DNA of 63,898 nucleotides, counting the filler, from an uncultured bacterium (GTDB lineage: Bacteria; Latescibacterota; UBA2968), in the NCBI GenBank assembly GCA_964471275.1. It is 3 parts of 3 records of this genome, joined end to end, with 100 filler letters (N's around TTAATTAATTAA, not from the genome) between each part and the next. Parts side by side here need not be neighbours in the genome. Positions count along the whole stretch, not along the records: positions 22,004 to 43,681 come from CAYYGZ010000054.1; 2 more parts are not named here. One strand, 5' to 3'. Below, one piece after another: positions 29,171 to 40,100 of the stretch. The notes beneath the pieces are model-generated. The model saw nothing but the letters and a program-made list of their open reading frames with translations. It had not been told where the DNA came from and ran no database searches. A program made the translations under genes and the position numbers. How positions within the stretch are numbered: the stretch's first letter is position 1; each line of letters opens with the position of its first letter.

Positions 29171-31122
29171 TCGAGATGTAGTAGAGAGAGGGGTCCGACT
29201 CGCCAGCGAAAGTCCGGCGGGACGATCGTTGTCGAGCCTCGCTCTTCAATCACACACGGCCCTGTTCCCCGGGCATCATCCCAGAGGGCTGCTCGGTCCA
29301 GAACCGGGCAGATCTCCGAGCAGCCGTCACCGAAGGTGACCTCCCGAGAATCGAACACCCTCTCGCCGACAGGGCCGATCACAGGCATGACATCGGTAAG
29401 GGATCGCTCCGACGGCATCGAGACCACCGTCGACACGCGAGTCACATAAAGCTTGCCAGGCGACGAACCGTGTCGCGATTCGAACTTCGCCAGCAGGTTC
29501 GGAAGCGTCTCACCGGACGCAACGGGCAGCAGCATCGTGCGTGTGCTGCCTTCAACACCGACTTCGATTTCGTGCGCGACAGACGACCCTGGTGCGACCT
29601 CGAGTTGCCTGATGTGCTCTTCCAGGATGCTGTCGTAATTCCCCTGGGCAGCGGCCTCGAGTGGGAACACCGAATGACTGGATACAGAAGCACGTTCCTG
29701 GGTCAGCAACCCACCCCAGGCAGAAAACAGACCGGCGTTAGGCGGGATGACGATGCGGGAAATCCCCAGGGACTGCGCAATACCGGTCGCGTGGAGAGGC
29801 CCGGCGCCACCGTAGGCGAACAGGGCGTGATCAGATACATCCATGCGGGCCTTTATACCCATCTGCCGAATCTGATCGGCCATCTTCTCCTCGACGGTAG
29901 ACAGAATCAGGCCGGCGGCTTCCTCGATCGAGACGCCGATCGGTCGTGCGACCCGATCGTTGACGGTCTTCCGTGCGGCATCCACATCCAGCGTCTTCTC
30001 ACCCGATGGGAGCCGCAATGAGGACGCGATGCGCCCGAGTACCAGATCCGCGTCTGCAACGGTCGCACGGTGAACCTGACGGCCGTAGCACGCGGGACCG
30101 GGATCTGCCCCCATCCCTTCCGGACCTACTTCGACGGTCCCGACGGGGGACACCGTCACGACACTCCCGCCGCCTGCCCCGATCGTCGCAATATCCAGCA
30201 TTTCGACCGCAAGCGGCAATCCGAAGGACAGTTCACGGTCACGTGTCAGGGCAGGGACACCGTCATTCACCAGACAGGCATCGAAACTCGTCCCGCCCAT
30301 GTCGCACGCCACAAAGGCATCCTGACCGATATGTTCGCAGACGGCGCGGGCACCCCAGACCCCTGCTGCCGGGCCCGACAGAGCGGTGCGAACGGGATTC
30401 GCAATCGCCATACAGGGAGCGACCAGCCCACCATCAGACGTCACGATCTGCAGGTTCTGTGTGGATTCCAGACGCGCTGAAATCCCTTTCAGATACGTGT
30501 CCAGAAGCGGAGCCACATAGACACTGGCGGCGCTCGTCGAGAACCGTTCAAACTCGGTTGGTGCGTCCACTAGTCGGTGTGATGCGAAAACAAGAGCATC
30601 CGGCCGCGTGCTCCTCAGTGCGTCATAGGCGAACTGCTCGTTGTCCGGGCACGTAACCGAGTGCAGAAAGGCTACCAGAATGGCTTCCACCCCGTCGGCC
30701 CAGAGCGATTCTGCCATCGACACGACCTCGTCCGGATCCACACGAACGAGAGGTTCACACGGACTGGAGCGTTCGTTTACTTCTCTTCGGAGTGCACGCG
30801 GAATCAGTGGTAGGAATGCGGTCTCAAGGCCGTAGGTACTACGGCGGTCGCGTCGCCTTAGGGAGAGGGTATCACGGAACCCGCGTGTCGTGATCATCCC
30901 CACACGCGCTCCTTTCCGCTGGATCAGCGCGTTGGTCGCTACCGTCGTCGCGTGAACGAGATCCGTGATCTCTGACTCACCCGATTCTGAAACGGCAAGC
31001 GCGCTTGCGAATCCTACCGAGAAATCAGAGGGCGTCGACGGCACTTTCACCGTGCGAATGCAGCCCTCCTCACAGCTGACCAGATCCGTGAACGTCCCGC
31101 CAATGTCGATTCCCACGATCAC
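29152..31122 (-). CDS. Hydantoinase A / oxoprolinase family subunit
   Basis: GIDIGGTFTD, HATTVATNA, SGPAAG, DMGGTSFD, GAGGGS, ADPGPACY and GGAGPLH motifs. Confidence 0.92.
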   Translation of the reverse strand: MIVGIDIGGTFTDLVSCEEGCIRTVKVPSTPSDFSVGFASALAVSESGESEITDLVHATTVATNALIQRKGARVGMITTRGFRDTLSLRRRDRRSTYGLETAFLPLIPRALRREVNERSSPCEPLVRVDPDEVVSMAESLWADGVEAILVAFLHSVTCPDNEQFAYDALRSTRPDALVFASHRLVDAPTEFERFSTSAASVYVAPLLDTYLKGISARLESTQNLQIVTSDGGLVAPCMAIANPVRTALSGPAAGVWGARAVCEHIGQDAFVACDMGGTSFDACLVNDGVPALTRDRELSFGLPLAVEMLDIATIGAGGGSVVTVSPVGTVEVGPEGMGADPGPACYGRQVHRATVADADLVLGRIASSLRLPSGEKTLDVDAARKTVNDRVARPIGVSIEEAAGLILSTVEEKMADQIRQMGIKARMDVSDHALFAYGGAGPLHATGIAQSLGISRIVIPPNAGLFSAWGGLLTQERASVSSHSVFPLEAAAQGNYDSILEEHIRQLEVAPGSSVAHEIEVGVEGSTRTMLLPVASGETLPNLLAKFESRHGSSPGKLYVTRVSTVVSMPSERSLTDVMPVIGPVGERVFDSREVTFGDGCSEICPVLDRAALWDDARGTGPCVIEERGSTTIVPPDFRWRVGPLSLLHLECGTMS

Positions 31123-31124
31123 GA

Positions 31125-32309
31125 TCAGGGCTCCAGCCAGGCGGTCGGGTCGAGCGCCTGCTCGCCCTTCATGACCTCAAAATGCAGTTGGGTGACCCCG
31201 TCCAGACGTCCCGTACTGCCAACTGTCCCGACCAGTGCGCCCTCTGCGAGGATTTCGCCGACCTCGACACTTCGGGATTCGAGATGACTGTAAAGGCTGT
31301 AGTATCCGGCAGGATGACGAAGCAGGACCAGCTGACCGTAACCGCGCCACCAGTCGACAAGCATGACCTCGCCGGGTGCGATCGCCAGAACGTCGGTCCC
31401 GGCGTCCGAGCCGATCGTGATCCCTCGATTCATCGTCCAAGTGCCCAGTTCAGGGTCCTGCACACGACCAAACCCGGTCAGAATCTGACCCCGAACCGGC
31501 CAGGGCAACGCGCCCTGCTTGTCATCAAAGTTAAAATCCGGTAATTCGGCCAGGCGACGACCCGCCAGACGTTGTCGCTCAAACTCCTGGATAAGCTTCG
31601 CAAACCGGTTCTGACTCTCCACAAATCGCTCCGTGTTCTCACGAATCGTGGTCTTGAGAAGAGACTCTTCACGATTCAGTCGACGGAGCCGACGGTTGTA
31701 GTCGGAGACCGAGGATTCGAGCTCACGTCTCTTCTTTTCCTTTGCGCGCACGAACGTCTGCTGGTGTGTGTGCTGAGTTCGGCGAAGCCGTAGCGTCCGA
31801 CGAACATCCTCCTTCACGGACATCAGTACCGCAAGGTCCACACGATCCTGTTGGGCAGCCTTTGCAAGGTATGTCAATCGCCTCACACCCTCGCCAAGCG
31901 ACGTGCCCGAGAGCAGGACAGCTACCGGGTTCTGGCGAGCAAGCTTGTAGGAGCGCCGGAGACGCTCGGCAATACCCGACCGGCGATCGACAACCTTCTT
32001 CTCGGCAACGCCCAGAGCCTGGCGGGTGCGGTCTACCCGTCCCTGCAGGCTCTTTTCTTTTACCGACAATCTTCGCAATTCGTTCTTCGCACGCGTTCCT
32101 TCTTGCTGCAGACGATCCAGCTGCGTCCCCGTCGACATCTTCTGGAGTTCGGTGCGTGTCAACACTTCGCGATCTCGCTCGAGTGTCGCGTTCAGACTGT
32201 CCATGGCGGCTTTTTCACGGTCGAGTTTCTCCTTCAACGTCTCAGCAGCGCCTGCAGTGTAGAGAGACAGCAGACAGCACACGCAAGCCAGAGCAGGTAG
32301 CGTCTTCAC
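31125..32309 (-). CDS. envC: Murein hydrolase activator EnvC family (coiled coil + M23)
   Basis: Signal peptide, long coiled coil, LPWPVRG...YSHL...LHFEV. Lies after ftsX with a GTGA overlap. Confidence 0.85.
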   Translation of the reverse strand: MKTLPALACVCCLLSLYTAGAAETLKEKLDREKAAMDSLNATLERDREVLTRTELQKMSTGTQLDRLQQEGTRAKNELRRLSVKEKSLQGRVDRTRQALGVAEKKVVDRRSGIAERLRRSYKLARQNPVAVLLSGTSLGEGVRRLTYLAKAAQQDRVDLAVLMSVKEDVRRTLRLRRTQHTHQQTFVRAKEKKRRELESSVSDYNRRLRRLNREESLLKTTIRENTERFVESQNRFAKLIQEFERQRLAGRRLAELPDFNFDDKQGALPWPVRGQILTGFGRVQDPELGTWTMNRGITIGSDAGTDVLAIAPGEVMLVDWWRGYGQLVLLRHPAGYYSLYSHLESRSVEVGEILAEGALVGTVGSTGRLDGVTQLHFEVMKGEQALDPTAWLEP

Positions 32310-33166
32310 GGCGTGAGCGCTTGCAGGACGCGGTTGAGGGATGTCCAGCTGCCGATCACGCCCAGCGCGAAGCCCAGCGCGATCAGACCGAGACTGAGCG
32401 ATGTGAGCGACACCTGGACTTCTCCGAGAAACCATGAACCGGTCACGCGCGAACTCAGGAGCAGGGCAAAGGCGGCAAGCATACCGCCAAGCGTGCCTTG
32501 GAGGGCGCCGCCGATCAGAAAGGTGACACGGACGAAGGCTCCCGTTGCGCCAACCAGTTGCATTACTTCAATCGCCTCACGCTGAGCGAGAACCATGAGC
32601 TTGGACGTATTGCTGACAGCGAATGCGCAGGCCACACACAGAACCACACCGAGAAGAACAGCAACCCCGGTCGCGACACGAATCGCCTGATCCAAACCAC
32701 TCAGCCACGCTTCACCACCGTCGATGCTCTCGACGAGGTCGTCTTCTTCGACCAGGGCTACCACATCGCCTGCGGCCGTTGTGACATCGCCTGCAGGATC
32801 GAACCGAACGCGAAGCGAGGAGGGCAACGGATTTTCGGAAAGCGTGTCGAGGAGTTCGTCGCCAAACATGGACCGGAACTCGGTCGACGCGGCATCCTTG
32901 TCGATGTAGGCCACCTCGGCAACACCCACCAGATCGGCGATGCGGTTCGCCAGCTTGCTTGCCTGCTTCCGGGAAGCACGGTCCTTCAGATACATATCGA
33001 TCTCGACGCGGTCCTTGACCGAAGCGCTCAACCCCTGTGCGGCATCGATCATCTGGACAAAGAGACCGACCAGGAGCAGCGATGCGCCGACAGCCACCGC
33101 CGATACCGCACCGATGGTGCCCGTGCGCCAGAGCGCAACGATCGCTTCTCGAAATGCGCGACCCAT
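32306..33166 (-). CDS. ftsX: Cell division permease FtsX
   Basis: NPLP and EVMQLVGAT motifs, 4 TM segments, follows ftsE. Confidence 0.9.
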   Translation of the reverse strand: MGRAFREAIVALWRTGTIGAVSAVAVGASLLLVGLFVQMIDAAQGLSASVKDRVEIDMYLKDRASRKQASKLANRIADLVGVAEVAYIDKDAASTEFRSMFGDELLDTLSENPLPSSLRVRFDPAGDVTTAAGDVVALVEEDDLVESIDGGEAWLSGLDQAIRVATGVAVLLGVVLCVACAFAVSNTSKLMVLAQREAIEVMQLVGATGAFVRVTFLIGGALQGTLGGMLAAFALLLSSRVTGSWFLGEVQVSLTSLSLGLIALGFALGVIGSWTSLNRVLQALTP

Positions 33167-33825
33167 CAGGGAACCAAGGCGCCCTGGTCGAGCGTCAATG
33201 TGCGGAGTGGACGGCGATCTACCACGGCGCGATCGTGCGTGGCCATCAAGATCGAGGTTCCCTGTGCGTTGACCTGGTTCAGAATCTCCATCACCCTCTC
33301 CTTCGATTCCAGATCGAGGTTGGCCGTGGGTTCATCTGCCAGGAGCACGTGGGGTTCATTGATCAGCGCGCGAGCAATCGCCACCCTCTGTTGCTCACCA
33401 CCCGACAGGGATGTCGGTCGGTCGTCCCGTTTGTGAAGCAGATCAACCTGAGAGAGAAGTGCGAGTGTTCGGCGCTTCACCTCTGGTCCCTTTGTCCCCG
33501 TCACGGCTAATGCAAAGGCCACGTTCTCGAACACGGTGCGATCCTTTAGCAGCTTGTAATCCTGGAAGACGAAGCCGATCCGACGACGAACGTGGGGTAT
33601 CTGTCGTTCTTGGATCGTTGCCGAATCATACTCGCCCACAAACACGACGCCCTGCGTTGGGCGATGATCGAACAACGCGATCCGCAGCAACGTGCTCTTG
33701 CCGGAGCCTGTCTGTCCGAGCACGTACACGAACTCCCCCCGGGCGACCTCGAAGTCGAGATCGGCTAGGATGACTCGACCGTCACGCTCAAACCAGACGT
33801 GCTGGAATTCGATCAAAACCTGCAC
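33166..33825 (-). CDS. ftsE: Cell division ATP-binding protein FtsE
   Basis: GQTGSGKST, VFQDYKLL, LSGGEQQRVAIARA, DEPTANLD and ATHD motifs. Confidence 0.9.
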   Translation of the reverse strand: MQVLIEFQHVWFERDGRVILADLDFEVARGEFVYVLGQTGSGKSTLLRIALFDHRPTQGVVFVGEYDSATIQERQIPHVRRRIGFVFQDYKLLKDRTVFENVAFALAVTGTKGPEVKRRTLALLSQVDLLHKRDDRPTSLSGGEQQRVAIARALINEPHVLLADEPTANLDLESKERVMEILNQVNAQGTSILMATHDRAVVDRRPLRTLTLDQGALVP

Positions 33826-33863
33826 CCTTGTACCGGGCTTCCGCCCGGGTCGTACTGCGCCGT

Positions 33864-34619
33864 TCAGGCACGTAAGACAAAGTGAACACGGTCGGATTCT
33901 CCTGATGGATCTCGGAAACTGAACCCGTCATACGCGGCTTCCAGGTTGAAGGATGACGCGTCGATCGCCTTCTCAATCTGGCTCAGTCTATAGATGCGCT
34001 GTCGGTGCAGCTCGTAAATTTCGCGCTTCGGGCTGTCGAACCGAATCTTGAAATCGTTGTACTGCACGCCTTCCTTGAAGTAGCTGTGGCGTATGTAGTT
34101 GAACCCATCTCCACGCTCACACTCGCGCATGTCGCGAAAGTGCCGAATCGAGTTCGTCTCCGTGCAGACATCGAAGATATACAGACCCCCACGTTGCACG
34201 ACCCCGTACACATTCTCAAACATGAGACCCATATCCTCGAGAGACATCAGATAGTTCACGCTATCGTACAGACTGACGACACAGTCACGGCGCGGCATCC
34301 CATCCAGCTCGAGGAAGGACTTGTGATAAAGATCAATCTCGTACCCCCCTTCGAGCACTTTCTGACGGGCAACATCCAGCATCTCGTCTGACACATCGGC
34401 CCCGTCGACCCGGTAACCACGTTTGGTCAGTTCGATCGCCAGGCTTCCCGTGCCGCACGCCACATCGATCAGTGAGGAGGGTACAAGGTTGTGACGCAGG
34501 ATCAGAGCTTCCACGTGATCCGCCCAGTGGATGTAATCCACGTGACGCATCACGAAGTCATAGATCGATGCGAGCGAGCTGTAGGGAGAAGCGGATTCTT
34601 TTGGCGTTCGATTGAGCAC
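33864..34619 (-). CDS. Class I SAM-dependent methyltransferase
   Basis: DVACGTG and DSVNYL motifs. Confidence 0.88.
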   Translation of the reverse strand: MLNRTPKESASPYSSLASIYDFVMRHVDYIHWADHVEALILRHNLVPSSLIDVACGTGSLAIELTKRGYRVDGADVSDEMLDVARQKVLEGGYEIDLYHKSFLELDGMPRRDCVVSLYDSVNYLMSLEDMGLMFENVYGVVQRGGLYIFDVCTETNSIRHFRDMRECERGDGFNYIRHSYFKEGVQYNDFKIRFDSPKREIYELHRQRIYRLSQIEKAIDASSFNLEAAYDGFSFRDPSGESDRVHFVLRA

Positions 34620-34688
34620 GATTATAAAAGCAAACGGCCAGCCACAGCGGCTGACCTTAAAGTGGCTACGAGTGACAGTTGAATCGTT

Positions 34689-34973
34689 CTAGAAATCGAG
34701 GGTCTCACGCGCTTCGTCACGATCAACTCTGTAGAATTCCTGGGCTCGGGCTTTCGACACGTTTCCGCTGGGAAGCGCCAGCACCTCGATATCGAGGTAT
34801 CGATCTGTAAAGGCAATGGCGATGGCATCTCCCGCTCGTACTTCACGTGATGCTTTCGCTGGCGTCCCACCGACCGAAACGATCCCGTTCTCGCAGGCCC
34901 GCTTGGCTTCGGACCTCCGCCTGATGAGACAGCACGTCTTGAGATACTGGTCGAGTCTCACGGGGCCTCTCAC
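34689..34973 (-). CDS. RNA-binding S4 domain protein (Hsp15/YabO-like)
   Basis: RLDQYL...RRSEAKRAC...KAS motifs. Confidence 0.88.
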   Translation of the reverse strand: MRGPVRLDQYLKTCCLIRRRSEAKRACENGIVSVGGTPAKASREVRAGDAIAIAFTDRYLDIEVLALPSGNVSKARAQEFYRVDRDEARETLDF

Positions 34974-36253
34974 GATTGTCCGTCCGTTTGCTGCAGACGG
35001 ATATCGATGTATAGCTTTTCTCGGATCTCGGCGAGCACCCGGTCGAAGTATTCCTGCATCTTAATCTGGCGAACGATCTCTTCCAAGGTGCCGTCGTCAT
35101 CATCGATCTTCACCAGATGCCAGCCGAACTCGGTCTTTACGGGTTGGCTCACGTCACCAAGCTTCATCGTAGGCAGAACGGAGGCAAAACCGGGAGGTGG
35201 CTGATCTTCCGTGTAGGATCCGAGCTTGCCACCGTTTTGACCGGATTCTGCGTGATCCGACTCGGTCTTGGCCACCTCGGCGAAGTCTTCTCCCGCCTGG
35301 ATCCGTTCCAGCAGCTTGACCGCCCGCGTGTAGGCCGCAGTCGCGTCGTCCTCCGAAGGCTGAAGCGCAATCAGGATGTGTCGCGCACTGACCCGCTCGC
35401 CCTGCTTCTCCTCAACCTTCAGCACGTGAAAACCGAAATCGCTCTGTATGACATCGCTGATCTCGCCCGGCGACAGCGCGTATGCGGCGTTCTCGACGGA
35501 GGTAACCATATCTCCTCTGCCGAAGAATCCCAGATCGCCACCCCGTGGCCCGGATCCCGGGTCCTCAGAATGCGTGCGGGCCAGTTCGGCAAAATCCTCC
35601 CCGTTCCGGATCCGGGCAAGCAATGCTTCTGCCTTGGTTCTGGCTTCGCTCTGGCGTGACTCGTTCGCCTTCGGCGTGATCATGATGTGGCTGATGGAAA
35701 AGACGGGAGGGAGCGAACCCTCATACCGGCGTCGGTATTCGCTCACGTCCTTGGGTGAAAGACTGATCTCCTGAACAAGCCGACCGTGCATCATCTGCCG
35801 AATCGCGTCTTTCCGGAACCGTTGCCTCAGACGATCGCGCACTTCTCGCTCGGTCAGGTCCTCAGAAGCCAACTGGCGTGAAAATTCGGCCGGACCCCGT
35901 TCGTCCTTCATCTGCTTCATCTGGGCACGAACACGCTGTTCGATCATCTCGTTCGGAACCTCGAGACTGTCTTCCTTCGCCTTCGCGATCAGGAGCTCGT
36001 CCTGAACCATGTTGTCTAGGATCGACCGGAACATCTCTTCTGCGCGGGATCCCGCGAGCTGTTCCCGCGACAGGCCCTGCTGCAGCGCCGCAAACGCCAT
36101 TTGCTGCATGACATCCGATTTCAAGATGATCGACTCATCGATGATTGCCACGATCTCGTCGATCAACTCCTCTGCCGGTGTCATCTGCGGAATCGTAAGA
36201 GCGATCAGGGCGCAAACCACGAGTGTCCGGACCCATAGATGTCGTTGCTTCAC
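34970..36253 (-). CDS. SurA-like chaperone, parvulin peptidyl-prolyl isomerase
   Basis: Signal peptide, SurA N-domain (IDEIVAIID) and two rotamase domains (SEDPGS, GGDLG, FGFH). Confidence 0.9.
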   Translation of the reverse strand: MKQRHLWVRTLVVCALIALTIPQMTPAEELIDEIVAIIDESIILKSDVMQQMAFAALQQGLSREQLAGSRAEEMFRSILDNMVQDELLIAKAKEDSLEVPNEMIEQRVRAQMKQMKDERGPAEFSRQLASEDLTEREVRDRLRQRFRKDAIRQMMHGRLVQEISLSPKDVSEYRRRYEGSLPPVFSISHIMITPKANESRQSEARTKAEALLARIRNGEDFAELARTHSEDPGSGPRGGDLGFFGRGDMVTSVENAAYALSPGEISDVIQSDFGFHVLKVEEKQGERVSARHILIALQPSEDDATAAYTRAVKLLERIQAGEDFAEVAKTESDHAESGQNGGKLGSYTEDQPPPGFASVLPTMKLGDVSQPVKTEFGWHLVKIDDDDGTLEEIVRQIKMQEYFDRVLAEIREKLYIDIRLQQTDGQS

Positions 36254-36279
36254 ACTGAACCTTTTCTCCCTCCCACCAC

Positions 36280-37113
36280 TCAGGATGGGGTGTCTAGCTT
36301 CTCATAGTCAATAGAAGCGGGAATCCGATTCCGGATTTCCTGGATCATCTCCGTTCGCAGCGCGCGTCTGCGATCGTTCAGAATCCGCTGTCTGATTTCA
36401 TCGCGTACGATCGACAACTCTTGAGTCGAACCCGCTTCTTTACGGTCCAACACCTCGATCAGATGGTAACCGAGTGGGGTCCGAACCTGCGTAAGTTTCC
36501 CCATCTTGGCTTTGTCACAACCCGCCCAGAACGCGGGATCCACGCGATCCTCCGTAAAATAGCCCACATCACCGCCGCGCTCACTCGATTCATCAATCGA
36601 CTCCTCGCGCGCCACCTGATCGAACATCGCGCCGCCGTTAAGCCGCTTCCGCACCCGATTCGCATCTGACCGATTCTTGAGCAGCACCTGCCGAACCCGC
36701 AGTTCCGGTATATCCCGGATGAACGCTTCGTTATGTTCCACGTAATAGGCCCGCAGATCATCCTCGGTGACGGTCGACACGGCACTGAGTGACCGCTCCA
36801 GCAGTTCTGAAGTCAGGATAGCCTGAATCGCTTGGTCAACACGCCGTGTTACGGTCAGATCCTCGTCCAGCTTCTTTACCAAGGCCTCTTGATGCAGAAG
36901 CTGCTCCTCTACCCACGCCTCCACCATCCGTCGACGATCATCGGATGTCACACGGCCGTTAAACTGAATCGGCACACGCCGATCCAGCTCCTGGGCCGTC
37001 AGGGCACGATCGCCGACACGTGCGACGACATCGCCAGTCGGTTCCCCGTTACAGCCGATTGTGGCGGCCAGAAGAGCGAGGAGCGCTGCCCAGCACCATC
37101 GCGCGGTAGTCAC
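36280..37113 (-). CDS. Parvulin-type PPIase lipoprotein
   Basis: IGC lipobox, GGDVG and GYHLI motifs. Confidence 0.87.
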   Translation of the reverse strand: MTTARWCWAALLALLAATIGCNGEPTGDVVARVGDRALTAQELDRRVPIQFNGRVTSDDRRRMVEAWVEEQLLHQEALVKKLDEDLTVTRRVDQAIQAILTSELLERSLSAVSTVTEDDLRAYYVEHNEAFIRDIPELRVRQVLLKNRSDANRVRKRLNGGAMFDQVAREESIDESSERGGDVGYFTEDRVDPAFWAGCDKAKMGKLTQVRTPLGYHLIEVLDRKEAGSTQELSIVRDEIRQRILNDRRRALRTEMIQEIRNRIPASIDYEKLDTPS

Positions 37114-37197
37114 GTCTCTTTTTGCTATCGGATCTATCGCTGTAACTCCCTGGATATTAAAAAGTTCCGACGATTATACGGTAGAAAATATAGGCCG

Positions 37198-40100
37198 TCA
37201 GAGTAGGCTCAACAACACATTTTTGGCACAGCTCAGCCGGGTCTCGGGATTGTTGCCCTCCAGCTGCACCTCGACTCGCGCCTCCTCGCCGAGGAAGAAC
37301 TGCAGCGGGAGCGGCGAAGCATTCACCATACGCTCCACATCCTGCCTCTGGAGAAATCGCTCCGGCAGAAACCGGACGACCATTTCCTGGCCCACGGTGA
37401 GCAGCGCGATGCCGAGCTGTCTGGCAAGAAGCTTCACGTGAATGGAATCAAGCAGCGCGGAAGTCGGCTCCGGAAGCTCGCCGAACCGGTCACGCAGCTC
37501 TTCTTCGATTGCCATCAGTTCGACGGTCTGGTGTGCATCTCCCATACGCTGGTAGAAACTCATCTTCTGGTTGGCGTCCGGGATATACGTCTCAGGCACG
37601 TAGGCGGACACCGACGTCTGAACATCAGGCTCGAACCCGGGCGCAATCTCCTCACCCTTGATCTGGTGAACCGCCTCATCCAGAAGCCGACAATACATGT
37701 CGAACCCGATCGCCGTGATGTGGCCGTGTTGCTGCGCACCCAACAGATTACCGGCACCCCGGATTTCCATGTCTCGCATAGAGATGTGGAATCCGGATCC
37801 CAGATCTGAGAACTCCTCGATCGCCCGCAGTCGTCGAGCCGCGGGTTTTCGCAGGGCCTTCCACGACGGGATGAACAGGTAGGCGTAGGCACGCTGGTTC
37901 GATCGTCCCACACGCCCTCGCAGCTGATAGAGCTGTGCCAGTCCCATCCGGTCCGCGCGATTGACGATCAGGGTATTCACGCTCGGGATGTCCAGCCCCG
38001 ATTCGATGATCATCGTCGAGATCAGACAATCGTATTTCCGGTCCATGAAATCGAGCATCACCTTCTCGAGTTCCCGCTCGGGCATCTGACCGTGGCCGAC
38101 GCCGAATCGGACCTGCGGAACCAGACGTTCGAGGAACTCCTTGATCGTAAAGATCGACTGCACGCGGTTGTGTACGAAGTAGACCTGCCCGCCGCGATCT
38201 ATTTCCCGCAGAATCGCCTCGGCGATCCGCTCCTCGGAAAAGGCCAAGATTTCTGTGTGGATGGGTAATCGGTCCTTGGGAGGTGTCTCGATGATCGACA
38301 TATCGCGCGCGCCCATCAAGGACATGTGCAGGGTCCTGGGAATGGGTGTCGCCGTCAGCGTCATGACGTCGACCATCCGCCTCAGCTGCTTCAGACGTTC
38401 CTTGTGGCGAACACCAAACCGATGCTCCTCATCGACGATCAGAAGACCAAGATCCCTGAACTCGATGTCCTTCGACAGGATCCGATGAGTACCGATCAGG
38501 ACATCCACACCCCCGGTCTTCACCCCTGCAACCACCTTTGTCTGCTCACCTCGGCTGCGGAACCTGGACAACACATCCACACACACCGGAAGATCGGCCA
38601 TCCGGTCTTCGAACGTCCTACCGTGCTGCTGCGCAAGGATCGTCGTCGGGACAAGCACGGCCACCTGTTTCCCATCGTTCACGGCCTTGAACGCGGCACG
38701 GATGGCGACCTCGGTCTTCCCATACCCGACGTCACCGCAGACAAGCCGGTCCATCGCCGATTCCCCCTCCATGTCCTCCCGCACGTCCTCGATTGCCTGC
38801 ATCTGATCGCGCGTCTCCTGGAACGGGAAGGACGCTGCGAGCATGGTGTGGAGCGCGGCGTCAGCCGAGTAGACGATCCCGGGTTTGGCCTTTCGCTCGG
38901 CATAGAGGGACACGAGCTCGGTCGCCATCTTGAAGATCTCTTTCCGGGTCTTCTCTTTGACCTTTTCCCAGGCGGCCGTACCGAGCTTGTTCAGAACGGG
39001 TGTCGCCCCTTCTTCGCTCGAGTATTTCTGCACCCGATCCATCTGCTCGACCGGCACGAACACCTTGTCGTTCTCGTGATACGAGAGCGTCAGACAATCT
39101 CGCGAGATCCCGTCGACAGCAAGACGCTCCAGCCCGGTGTACTTCCCGATGCCGTGATCCACGTGGACAACAAAATCACCCTTGTTGAGGGCCGTGATCG
39201 TCTTGATCGGCGACCCCTCCTTAAACCGGCGGTATCGTCTCCGCCGGCGATTGCGGCTGTAGATCTCGTGATCGTTGTATACCGCAACGCGTCCCTCGGC
39301 AGACACAAAGCCGGCCTGCAGGGTACCGACTTCGATCGACAGAGCGGCCGGGCAATTCTCCAACAGCTCTTCCATACGGGTCCTCTGCCCTGGGCTCTCG
39401 CACAACAGCACAAGGTCGTAATTCTCGCGCCAGAGCTTCACCAGATCCTCTTCAAAGACCGGAAGGTGACCTTCGTATCTCCGACCGGCCGTGCCTTTGA
39501 AGTCGATACTCCCGTCGTGCTGGCCCAGCGGGTAGCTCTCGATCCGGCTGAGTGAACTCATCCGCGACATCACCTCTTCCGGCGAAGTGCAGATATGCTC
39601 CGGGGGAAGCAGCTCGGGCTCGCCTCTTTTGGGCTTCTGTCGTTCAAAGGTCTTCTGGAGGCGCTCAACCGTCTCCTCACCAACCTGTTCGAGCCCGGCG
39701 GGGTTGTCCAGAAACAGGTAGCTCTCCAGCTGGACGAAATCGAGCAGACGCGCCGATGAACCGTATAGAATCGACAGGTAGGATTCGATGCCGTCAAAGG
39801 CACCATAGTCCATCAGGTTTTCGCGGACGAGGGTCAGTTCGAGATTGTGCGCTTTCTCGAACGCAGCCAGGTTCTCATCATACATATCCGCCATCGTATG
39901 GACGAGAACACCCTCCCGACAGGGCAAAATGCGGACGGACTCGAGCTCCTCAACAGATCGCTGTGAGCTCAGATCAAACCCGCGGATTGACGTGATCTCG
40001 TCGCCCCAGAATTCGAGACGAACGGGATGCACGTTCCCGAACGAGCAGAAATCAAGAATCCCGCCACGAACCGAGAATTGGCCGACACCCTCGACTGTCG

